This document shows, in pieces, positions 18,830 to 32,585 of a stretch of 64,000 bases of DNA (position 1 is its first letter; each line of letters begins with the position of its first letter). This DNA comes from the human T2T-CHM13v2.0 reference genome, Homo sapiens: NCBI RefSeq assembly GCF_009914755.1, contig NC_060939.1; one strand, written 5' to 3'. The position numbers were made by a program, and so were the translations under genes. The notes below the pieces were generated by a model, which had not been told where the DNA came from, did no database searches, and saw only the letters and a program-made list of their open reading frames with translations.

Positions 18830-19343
18830 ACTACAGACCAAACCACCCCTAAACTTAATGGCTTAAAACAACAGCCATTTCTTATTTTCTCACATGTCTC
18901 TTGGTTGGCTGGGTAGTTCTGCAGTTCTGAGGTGTGCTTGCTTGATTTCAGCTGTGCTTGCTCATGTGATTTTGGTCTGCTGATGGAGTGTCTGAGGGCT
19001 GGCTGCTTTAGGATGGCCTCAGCTGGATGACTTGGCTCTGCTCCATGTGGTCACTCATCCTCTGGCAGGCTAGCCTGGCATGTTCACATGGTAGTGGCAG
19101 GAGGCTAAGAGAAAGTAAAAGCTTGTATGGCCTCTTGAGGCCTAAGCTGATAACTGGCACTCCGTCACTTTATCTTTGTCTAATGACAAAATTAAGGCAC
19201 AAGATAGCCCAGAGTGGAAAGTTAGGAAAACAGACTCCACTTCTTGATAGGAGGAGCTACATAGTCACATTGCAAAATGTATAGATACAGGGAGGAGAAG
19301 AATTGAGACATTTTGCAATCAATCAATCAATCAATCTACCATA
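18830..19343 (-). mobile_element. MLT1 (ERVL-MaLR) LTR
   Basis: aaaccacccctaaacttaatggcttaaaacaac...; ends ttttgcaatc...taccata. Confidence 0.7.
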
Positions 19344-19359
19344 GGGACCTGAATATTTA

Positions 19360-19653
<294 letters not shown>

Positions 19654-19799
19654 GGGACCTGAACATTTAAAGTGCTATTGGCTAGGTTTCCTTTTCTTCT
19701 GGACTCTGCTCGAATGGGCAGAGCCTGTACTTGCTCTTGTGACTGTCTCTTTCTGTGTTTCTGTGGTTGACCATCTAGAGATGTATGTATCTTTAGATA

Positions 19800-21055
<1,256 letters not shown>

Positions 21056-21796
21056 ATTTATTTTTCCGTGAGCCAAGTCACTGCTGTATCACTAGTGCCC
21101 AGAATATTGTCTGGCACATTGTATATCCTCAATGGATATGTACTGAATGAGTGAATGGAACCACTTACTTACTAGAGTTGACTGCAAATCTTTGCTTTGG
21201 TGGATTTTGAAGTGTAACTCCTTGAAGTTATTTCCTTTCTTTACAAGGTCTCATGGGAGCCTTATTGTGGATCTTATGCACTAAAAAGAGGCTTTAAATG
21301 TGAAGGCTCCAATCGCTTATATCATACGGAAAGCAACGTGTGGTGACAAGAAAGAAAGAGGAACAAGTGGAAACCAAAAAATAGCTCATATTTTCAAAAA
21401 ATGAGAAAAGATCCTTTAGAGGGAGGTGGCTGAAATTCAGGGGTGTGATGTTCTTGGGTTATTATTGTACTGCTCTTAATTTAAGATGAGGCAGAAGCAA
21501 GGAAGAATCTTGAAAGGGGAGAATTTTATTTAAATCAATTTATGCCGAGTGTCACCAGCTTGCTTGAGAAACCCCACATCTACAGTAGCTTGCATAATGT
21601 GTTCCTGTTTATAAAAGGAAGAAATAGGGAATAGCCTTCATAGGAAAAGGGGAGGGCTGGAATGACTTCAGCCTCAGGCTGTGGGTGCTGTCCATTTTCT
21701 TCTCGTGGTGTGTCTGATTCTATATAAGTTTTGTTTGCAATGATGTTGGTGAAGGGAGTGAAACAAGAAAAAGCAGGTACTGCTGTTGAAAGTGGT

Positions 21797-21830
21797 TGTG
21801 TGTGTGTGTGTGTGAGGGAGAGAGAGAGAG
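21797..21830. repeat. (TG)n(GA)n microsatellite
   Basis: Direct reading. Confidence 0.9.
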
Positions 21831-21935
21831 ATGGAGAATGTGCCAGTGGCGGAGAAAAAGAACCAAATCCCAGAAGGAAGTGTGAGAAAGAGACGCAAGC
21901 TGCCCTTCATTTTTACGTGTGGTTACTAGGCCTGA

Positions 21936-22639
<704 letters not shown>

Positions 22640-24180
22640 CAAGCTTCCTTACTTTCTAGCTGTGTAAACTTGAGCACATTATTTAATTTCCCTGAGCCTG
22701 GGTTTCCTCAGTTGTAAGGTGATGATGGTGGTGTGGTGTGGTGGTGGTGATGATGATGATGATAGTAATCATACCCCAGTGTTCTGCAGTCTCCTTCATG
22801 CTCCTGGACTTGGAACTATGTTGGTGTAAATATTGATTAAAGGATTACCATACCAGCTGAAGGACTTAAAGATTTTATGTGAAGGGAGAAATGAGAATTT
22901 GATGTTCACAGTGCCATTTAGAAGATTATTTCCATGGGGCCCATAATGTTCAAAATTAGACAAAGGGACAATAATAAAATGTCTAGCCTTATGGGCTAGA
23001 CATTTCAAGGTGCCTCAGAGGAAAACTAACCTCCCTTCTCTGCAATAAGCCAATCTCCTTAGTTCAGTTCTGCAGTGTCGCATAGTTTGTTGGAATTCCA
23101 TAATGAAAATTTTGGAGTCATGTGTAGTATATAGATGCAGAAGCTTTCCTGTCTGATGCCTTTGTGGCTCCCACAGAATCCACTGCATGGTGTTCTTCTG
23201 GAAAGGTCTGTGGTTCTTCCTGTTCCAGGCACATAGTAGGCACACTATACGTATTTATTAGATACATGGTGAATAAATGCTGCTGTGTTTTCTCTGTTGG
23301 CTGTGGCTCTCTTGGTTGCTCCTCCCGGCCTGGGCAAGAGATCAGCAGGTAAGTGACAGTGATGAGCTAAGTCTCTGGCAGGTACTCAGCAGCTAATGTT
23401 ACCCTCTCTCCACCACCCTCATGCCTTGGCTACCATTCTGACATCCCCTAGATCAAGAATCATATACTCAGCTTTCCCTTTAAGCCCCCAGTTACATCGT
23501 CAGCAAAGCCAAAGCTCCCTTGCTGTCCTGACCTTTGATTACAGGTAACGCAACAGTGTCTCCTGACTTAGCAACAAAGACCCACACCTGGGTTCCCTGC
23601 TTCAGCTCCCACACAGAAGCCTGTGGTCCCGTTAAGTCTTCCTGTTTTCTATACACACTTCTGCTCCACCCACCTCCTGTTCCCTTCAGTTGTTAGAGCT
23701 TGATTCTGTATGGGTTGGCAGGGGAGAGAGTAGCATTAATTTTCTTTTCACAAAAGGCAATTGAAAATTCTCTCCTAACGGATGACTGTCTAGCCCCTCA
23801 GAACTGAACTTCTTCAGGAGGCAGATAGGCTACATCCTTCCTCCTGTGCCCATTTTACAGATGAGATATCTGAGGCGCAGAGAAAAGAAATGACAGACAA
23901 AAGTACCCTTGGAAAAGTGGATGCACAATCTCATTTGTTTCCTGCCAGCTCTGCATAGATGCAAGAGAAGGTAATTCTTCCAGACCGCTGGGGCCTTCTT
24001 GAATCACGGATGTCTGCATCCAGAAGCTGATTGTTGAATCACAGGTGTCTGGATTTGGAAGTTGACTGTTCAAACTGGGAGCTTGGTGCCGTTAAGTACT
24101 TCTTATGTCAACCCCAGGTGATATGTGTGTGGGCAGGAGCTCTAGGCTCCCAAAACTCACCTAGGTGTGATAGGTGTGAT

Positions 24181-24934
24181 TTACAATTCTGTTTTCATGA
24201 TCATTTCATGAGAGAAACCTGCAAATGAACACTGCTAAGGAGATGGAACAGAACACGTTAATGGATAAATGAGCTGTCTATCATTACCCCTGAGTGAGCG
24301 TGATTTGTTTTAATGAATATTTCATGGGCAGGTTCCTTTTCAGGTCCAGAATATGCTCAAGTCAATGAAGACCTTAATTGAACTGTAGGATCTTACAGTT
24401 TCAGAGCTCGAAGGGACCCTAGAAAGCGGGGAATCCAAACTTCTTATTATTCAAGGAAGGAAATAATTAAAAAAATTTTTTTGGTACATGTTCTTGCCCT
24501 GTTGCCCAGGCTGGAGTGTAGTGGCACAATCTTGGTCTCACGGCAACCTCTGCCTCTTGGGCCCAAGCAATCCTCTCACCTCAGCCTCCCAAGTAGCTGG
24601 AATTATAGGCGTGTCCCACCATACCTGGCTAATTTTTTAATTTTTTGTAGAGACGAGGTCTCATTATATTGCCCAGGCTGGATTTCCCAAGCAATCCTCC
24701 AGGCTTGGCCTCCCAAAGTGCTGGGATTACAGGCATGAACCACTGCATCCACCTCGGAAATAGCTTATTTGGGTGGATAAAAGAGCTGTCCGTCATTACT
24801 CACATTACAAATCACGCTCACTCAGGAGTAATGATGGACAGCTCATTTATCCATTAACGTGTTCTGTTCCTTCTTCTTAGCAGTGTTCATTTGCATGTTT
24901 CTCTCATGAAATGACCATGAAAACAGAATTGTAA
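24181..24934. repeat. 128-bp inverted repeat of non-repetitive sequence (arms 24181-24308 and 24807-24934)
   Basis: Manual alignment of the left-arm reverse complement to the right arm: 122/128 identical, no gaps. Confidence 0.95.
24475..24753 (-). mobile_element. AluJ inserted in a MIR
   Basis: Diverged antisense Alu; ggaaata TSD-like flanks; MIR-like pieces at ~24385-24465 and ~24965-25012. Confidence 0.85.
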
Positions 24935-26397
24935 TTTATAAGAAAAGAGGTTTAATTGGCTCCTGGATTCATACAGTAAGTTAATGATGGAGAGAGGGTC
25001 AAAGCTCAGGTCGGGGCTGTAGCAATGTTAAGTTTGTATGAGAGGCCAAGAGAGAACAGGAAAACGGGGTGTGGGTCCCCTACACTGTCATGCTTAGAAA
25101 CCCTCTGAAATGGCACAACTAGTTCTCCCAAGCAGGTGAGAGCCTGGTTAGGCCCCTCAACAGCCTCCTCTGATTGCTCAATCCTCTGGGATTTTCCCTG
25201 CCTGGCTCCCAGAGCCCAGGCCCAGTGAGGGTGGCTCCTGTGTTGCCTGCCATCCCTGCTCTATCGCACGCAGAATCTGACCGTGGCCTCTCGCCTGATC
25301 TGGGGTGCAGCAGATGGCGCCGAGGAATGGAGCCCAGCTGGCACGTGGGAGGCTCTGCGGGAGAGGAAGAGGCACCGTGGGGTGGCCTGCCCTAGGCAAA
25401 GTGCTGGGCCTGGGAGATGGGGCTGGAAAGGTCATGGGAATGTCGGGAGCCTCTGCCCTTGACCCTGGAGGGCTCAAGGAATTTAGTTCCACCCCTAGTA
25501 CTATGACAAGTGACGAACACATCCCACACATGCCGGTGTAAGGGTCTGTGAATTAAATGCAGCCACTTTAATTTTTGTTTTTTAAAGCAAAGCATAAACA
25601 TGAAGCTTTAAGGAAAGGAAAGCTATAGGGTAGCAATGTAAAGGCAGTAGCTTGAAACTTAAGGCAAAGAAGAGAAACTCAAATGGGACAATGGAGAAGT
25701 AGATGAGAAAGGGTATATGAAAACACGGTGGGGTGCTGAGCCAGCTTCTCCTATTTCCCATGATGGATAAGGTCTTTTTTTTGGTGGCGCCGCCCACGTC
25801 TGTGGCAGAAAAGCTGTGCTGGGCTCCCACCCTCATATCACAGGAGTGGTGGCCGCCTGCTTCTTCGGTGGCTCAGCATGCAGCATCTCGGGGCACTACA
25901 GAGGGCTGTCAGAGGCCGGGCTAGTCCTATCAGGTTTCTCAGTTTTACCTGTGTCACTCCCAGGTTTATGTCTTGTTACTTTCAGCCCATTTCTTTAGAC
26001 AAGCAAGGCCCCTGCTGGCTGGCTTGGCCTTCCAGTCAGTTCCTGGATTCTTGAGCAAACTCTTACTTTCTTGTGGTTCTTTGAGATGGTGCAGGGCAAA
26101 GAGCCCCAGAGCCTGTCAGCTCAGAGCTCTGCAGTAGGGGAGCTCATTAATTAATACTTAGAGTACAAGGTGGGGAGGTACATGCTGAGAGAATTGGGGA
26201 GAGTGAGGCTGGAAGCCGTTGCTATTGCTGCATGAGGAAAGAAGACGGGGGGCCAGGCAAAGCTATTGGACAGGAGAGGGGATATTGTCTGATGAGCCTT
26301 GAAGGTTGGGCTGTTGTGGGGAGGATAGGGAATGGTTTCAGGAGAAGCATGTAGACCTGAAAATGCATGGTTGATTTTGGAACAATAGGGGGTTTGG

Positions 26398-26808
26398 TGT
26401 ATTAGTCTGTTCTTTCATTGCTATAAAGAAATACCTGAGATTGGGTAATTTATAAGAAAAGAGTTTTAATTGGCTCATGGTTCTGCAGGCTACACAGGAA
26501 GCATGGTGGCATCTGGAGAGGCCTCAGGAAGCTTCCAATTATGGAAGAAGGCAAAGAGACAGCAGGCATGTCACATGGCAGAAGCAGGAGCAAGAGAGAG
26601 AGAGGGGAGTTGCCACATACTTTTAAGTGATTAGATCTCATGAGAACTCACTCACTATTGCCAGGACAGCACCAAGGGAATGGTGCCAAACCATTCATGA
26701 GAAATGTACCCCCATGATCCTATTACCTTCCACCAGGCCCCACCTCCAACACTGAGGATTACATTTCAACATGAGATTTGGGCAGGGACACACATCCAAA
26801 CTATGTCA
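26398..26808 (-). mobile_element. MSTA/MSTB (MaLR) solo LTR
   Basis: tgtattagtc...catgagatttgggcagggacacacatccaaactatgtca termini. Confidence 0.9.
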
Positions 26809-27550
26809 TCTGCTGTGGCCAAAACATGGGGTCTGAGGTGGTATTGGCTGGGGGTGGGGTGAGGGTTGGGTCGGGTGGGGATAGGGAGAAGGGGGATGGG
26901 GAGAAGTTTGGTGAGAAGTAGCAGGACGCCCACTAGAATCTCTTGTGGGTTTAAATGTTGTCACCAGATGTGCCAAGGAGGAAGAAGCTCGAGAACCATG
27001 GTGATACAGAGGAGCTGGTTGTCTTGGCTCCTGAAATGCTCCTGCAAGTGGTGAGATCGCCGCTGTCCTGTGCTTCAGCCACGATGTGTGGCCGGGTGTG
27101 AATTAAGCAGACCACAAGTTTGGTTTGGTCTTGGTCACAGATCTCCATCCAAATAGAGAAGCAGCCTTGGAAACTGTGATTGAAGTCTTGGAAATGCTCT
27201 GAGGCACAGAAAGATCCCAGAGAGCATGGAAAGCATTTAAGAAAGAAAAAGCTTTTAGGTTGTTGTTACCCAAAACAAATGGAGTGGAAAGTTCTGTTTG
27301 AAAAAGATGAGAGAGAAGCAAGGGAATCAGGGAAGCAGGATTTGCCTGTATTTCTTGGGTAGTTACCTGGATTATATAGTTCTACCCATAACTCCTCAAA
27401 GACTCACTGATTAGGGGATTTTCCCGCTTTCTCTTTTTCCTCATCATTTTGGATACATTAAAGACATATTACAGACCATCTAGAAAATAGGGCAAAGAAA
27501 AGGAAAACTTACTTATAATCCCCACCATTTATGTAGCATTTTGAATTCTA

Positions 27551-27862
27551 TTCTTTCTCTTTTAGAGACAGGGTCTTGCTCTGCCACCCAGGCTGGATTA
27601 CAGTGGTGCCGTCATGGCTCACTGCAGCCTCAAACTCCTGGGCTCAAGAGACCCTCCCACCCCAGCCTCCTGAGTAGCTGGGATGAAAAGGCAAACACCA
27701 TCATTCCTGGCTAATTTTTATTAAATTAATTTTTTTCTTTTTTGAGAGATGGGGTCTCCCTATTTTGCCCAGACTAGTCCTGAATTCCTGGCCTGAAGCG
27801 GTGCTCTCACCTTGGCCTCTCCTAAAGCAGTGGGATTACAGCATGAGCCACTATGCCTGACC
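27551..27862 (-). mobile_element. AluJ
   Basis: gacagggtcttgctc, gcagcctcaaactcctgggctcaag. Confidence 0.9.
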
Positions 27863-27899
27863 CAGATGTAATCATGTTAAGTATGCAGTTTAGAAGCCT

Positions 27900-28145
27900 T
27901 TGGCAAAGACCAGCTGGCTTCATTTCCTCGTCCTCCTGGGCACATAGACTACATCTCCAGGCTTCCTTTGCAAGTGGGCGTGGCCACGTAACAGTTTTGT
28001 TGATGCGGTGAGAAAGGTGTGCTCTTCCAGGCTCCTTTTCATCTATTGGCTGCCCCTGCATGAGGCTATCTCAAGTGCGAGAAATAAACTCTGCCTATGC
28101 TCAACTACACACATCTTAGAGTTTGTTTGTTGCAGTAGTTTAGCT
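27900..28145 (+). mobile_element. MLT1 LTR fragment
   Basis: ctacatctccaggcttcctttgcaagt...tggccac; gagaaataaact...tttgttgcagtag. Confidence 0.55.
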
Positions 28146-28765
28146 GACTTTCACCCACACAGAAGCTGAAATTTCAATGAGCTATTTCTCATAAGCTTAT
28201 GGGAACAAGTTGAGGAGGATCCAGAGGCATGTTTCTTGATAACATAAAGATTAAAAGGTTATAGCTGGGCTGTTGGGTTGCCTGTAGCCTGGGTGCTCTT
28301 TAATAGAGAAAACGACTGGGGTAAACATCCAACTTTTTTCCCGCGATGAATATACCAGGAGCATATACATCTGAAAAGGCTGAAGTTCAATATTTTCCCT
28401 TTTCTTCTCTCATTGTTTCTGACTTCTACAAAATAATAGGAATATATTATAGAATCCCATATCATTTTTAAACCCAGAGGTTCTTTCTGATACAGGTTGC
28501 ATAGCCTCAGACAAGTTTAACTTCACAGAGCCTCAATTTCCTGATCTTTAAAATAGTCGCAGTAAGGTCTGTTTTCTGGGATTGTTGAGTCATTGAAGGA
28601 GATCATGTTTGTCAGTGCGTAGTAGGGTACATTGTGCACAATAATAGGTGCCTTCCCACTGGACTATAGATTCCCTGAGAGAAAGACTGTGCCACCTTGT
28701 CTACTACTGTAGCTCCGGTGTCTAACACAGTCCCTGGCACATAGTAGGTGCTCAATGGTTAGTTA

Positions 28766-29017
<252 letters not shown>

Positions 29018-29792
29018 TTAACCTTGAGGTGCTGGGAGGGTTAATCTATGAGTTCACCACAAGGGTGAGAGAACAAGAGTTTACACAAGAAGATGGGGAA
29101 ACGTCCTATCTCTAATGTGTGTGCTTGGGATTGCTCTATATTTGGATGATAACTCTCTCATCTGAGGTTAATCCTCTTTGTCGGAGTCATCCAGCCAAGG
29201 GATTAACTGCTTTAAACTCCAGGCCTCACTGGCCCTGACAATGTGAGCTTGGTGTTGCTGGCGCCCAGGGACCCAAGGGGTCCGTCTTTATTGACTCAAC
29301 ACACAAGGTTCCTCTGTGGCTATTTAATCCCAGTCTCTTAATCCTATGGAGGAAGAGACTGAGGCCTAAGAGGGGAGGTAACTGTTTTCTTGCAGCAGCT
29401 TTATGATGAGAATCACTGTTTCCAGCCTAGAGTTCTCCTCTGTGCTCTGTGCTAGGCTCCAGGGAAAGCTTCAGGAAAAGGGCCCTAGCTGAAAGAGCAG
29501 AAGAACGGGTCTCTGGGAGTGCTCGTGTATTGACAGAAATTCCATGCTGTGTTCTCGGGAAGTTCCCACTCTGTCTGTCAAAAGCCCAGCCTGCTCCCTT
29601 GCTAATCAATGGGCTATTTGGAAACACGTCCCAGGGTCTGAGTCCTCCAGCCATTTTCTAGCTTTGTGTGCTCAGTTCGTGATGCACAATCTAGGATGAG
29701 AGAGCCTAGCCCAACTGGGGTCACATGCCCATTCCTGAGGGCACCATCACTATGACTCCCAAGATGGCAGGTAGTGAGGAAAGGGGAGTTTC

Positions 29793-30054
29793 TTAAAGGA
29801 ACACTGGAGAGTTGTTACTGAAAGAAGGGGACATAGGTCCTGAGCAGGCAAAGCCAACAGGTGTCCACTACACACGCTGAGCTGGCTTCTCTTGCTGAAA
29901 TAAAGATTACAAAGTGCTACCTTTAAAGGAAAATTGGAGAGTTGTTGCTGAAAGAAGAGGACATGGGTCCTGAGCAGGCGAAACCCACAGACGTCCACCA
30001 CACACACTGAGCTGGCTTCTGTTGCTGAAATAAAGATAACACAGTGCTACCTTT
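29793..30054. repeat. 130-bp tandem duplication (2 copies)
   Basis: Units start at 29793 and 29923; 115/130 identical, no gaps. Confidence 0.95.
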
Positions 30055-30107
30055 GTTGGTGAGTGTTGACGACTTTGAAAGTGGGCTATTTCTCCATCTC
30101 CCCTTCC

Positions 30108-30483
<376 letters not shown>

Positions 30484-31439
30484 TAAGAATTAAACTATGC
30501 AAAATTCAAAGATATAATTCTCCCTAAAATGCCTTTTACATTTATTTATTTATTCAGCAAATGTTTATTGACTTCTCATTGTGTTAGGCATCAGAGTTAA
30601 TGATAGGTAAGGAAAACGTGATCTCTGCCCTCAGGGTGTATAGTGTAGAAGTTTGTAAAGAAGCTTTGTTTCACATACACCTTAACAGAGTACATGCACA
30701 CACATACACACACACATAAATATACATATATAATACATTATTATATGCTTCAGAATTTCTAGCTTGCTTATAATTTGAAGACCTTTAAGCCCAACTGCTG
30801 CTCATCAGAAGTCCTAACTTGGTTAAAGAAAGGGGTACATTGTTGAATCACAATTATGAAGAACATTTTGCTAAAGAACATGACCTTGCATTCTCCCTGT
30901 GCATAGGACATCTTGGAAGTTGAAGAGTAAAAAATCCATCTCGGTGTCAAACTGCCTGCTACTCTGTTTTCCTAAAACCAGGAGGGAGTGGGTGGCCTTC
31001 ATTTGTGCTGCTTCTGTTTGCAGGCTGTGAATGAGGACTGGCACCCCTGGCTGCTTTGCTGTTGTGTGTTGGTGTTTGAACACCGGTCAGCATATTGCTT
31101 TGCTATTGTCACGTTATTTGTATAATCCCAGCAGCTGGCAATTGTGTAATAATTTTTGAGAGCCCCAGATATTTGCTTAGAGAGAATAAAAATAGGCAGA
31201 GAATGAGGTGTGCTCTGCATCCCGTGCAGAACGTTGTATGACTGCACTTCACAATGACAGGATTGTTTCTTGGTTAGAATTTCCCGTGGGACTTTCCCTA
31301 CTCAAAGTTCAGAGAAGGGTCATGCATTCTGGAAGGGAAACCTGTCTTATCCTCTTTGCATGCACTGACAGAGCTAGAAAAATTGCCTCAGCCCTTGCAG
31401 TCTGGTCAGGCTTGTACTGATAGGGAACTCATAAACGGC

Positions 31440-31801
31440 TGTATTAGTCTGTTCTCATACTGCTATGAAGAAATACCCAAGACTGGGTAACTTATAAAGA
31501 AAAAGAGGTTTAATGGATTCACAGTTCCATGTGGCTGGGGGAGCCTCACAATCATGGAGGAAGGCAAAGGAAGAGCAAAGGCATGTCTTACATGGCGGCA
31601 GGCAAGAGACCATGTGCAGGGGAACTGCTCTTTATAAAACCATCATCTTGTGAGACTTATTCACTATGATGAGAAGAGCATGGGAAAAACCTGCCCCCAT
31701 GATTCAGTTACCTCCCAACAAGTCCTTCCCATGACATGTGGGGATTATGAAAGCTACAATTCAAGATGAGATTTGGGTGGGGACACAGGCAAACGATATC
31801 A
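31440..31801 (-). mobile_element. THE1 (C/D-like) solo LTR
   Basis: tgtattagtc...gagatttgggtggggacacaggcaaacgatatca, 362 bp. Confidence 0.9.
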
Positions 31802-31899
31802 ATAGTCACAATGGTTTTGAGCCTGAGGTCTGTACCAGTATGCAGACTTAGAAGAGCACAGAGCCACATCTTTGTCTCCTGCTTTTTGTTCCATGGTGG

Positions 31900-32115
31900 C
31901 AAGAGTATCGGTCTGGAGCTAGATTGCTGGGATTGAAGCTTGTCTCTTTCACTTACTAATTGTGCTAAAATTCTCTGCACCTCAGTTTCCTAACCTGTAA
32001 AACAAGGATAATATTAACGAGAATTCTATCTTACACACTTGTTAAAAGGAATGAATTAAAGGAGACAATACAGTGCTCAGCACAATGTTGGACATATAGC
32101 GAGGGTATTAATTAG
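31900..32115 (+). mobile_element. MIR
   Basis: cctcagtttcctaacctgtaaaa; gtgctcagcacaatg. Confidence 0.7.
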
Positions 32116-32119
32116 CTGC

Positions 32120-32585
32120 TACTGTATAGCAATAATGCTGCCTAACAAATAGCCCTAATTATTGCAGTGGCTCATACAACAAACTATATTTATCTTACTT
32201 ATGAGGTGGCCAGTCAACTGGGATTGGCTCTCCTTCATGCTGTAAGTCAAGTTCAGGTCTGCTCCAGGCATCTCTCATCTCTCCACCAGATGCTACCAGC
32301 AGCTACCAGGGACATATTCTTCTCCTTCTTCTCATGCCAAATGGCAGGAGGACATGAGGAATGTTAAACTGTCCTAGTATATTTAAAGCCTCTGCACTCA
32401 TCATGTTTGCTAGCATTTCATTGGCCAAGGCAAATGACATGGCCAAACCCAAACCCATGTCAGTAAAGTGCGAAAGTATACTCTTCTCACAGTAGAAGAC
32501 ATGGCAAAGTGACATGGCAAGAATGTGGATTATAATCATATTACATGGGGGAAAAGAATTGGGAGTAAAAATTTGATCTACCAAA
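32120..32585 (-). mobile_element. MLT1 LTR (old subfamily)
   Basis: ataatgctgcctaacaaa...cagtggctcatacaac; catttcattggccaaggcaaatgacatggc. Confidence 0.65.
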
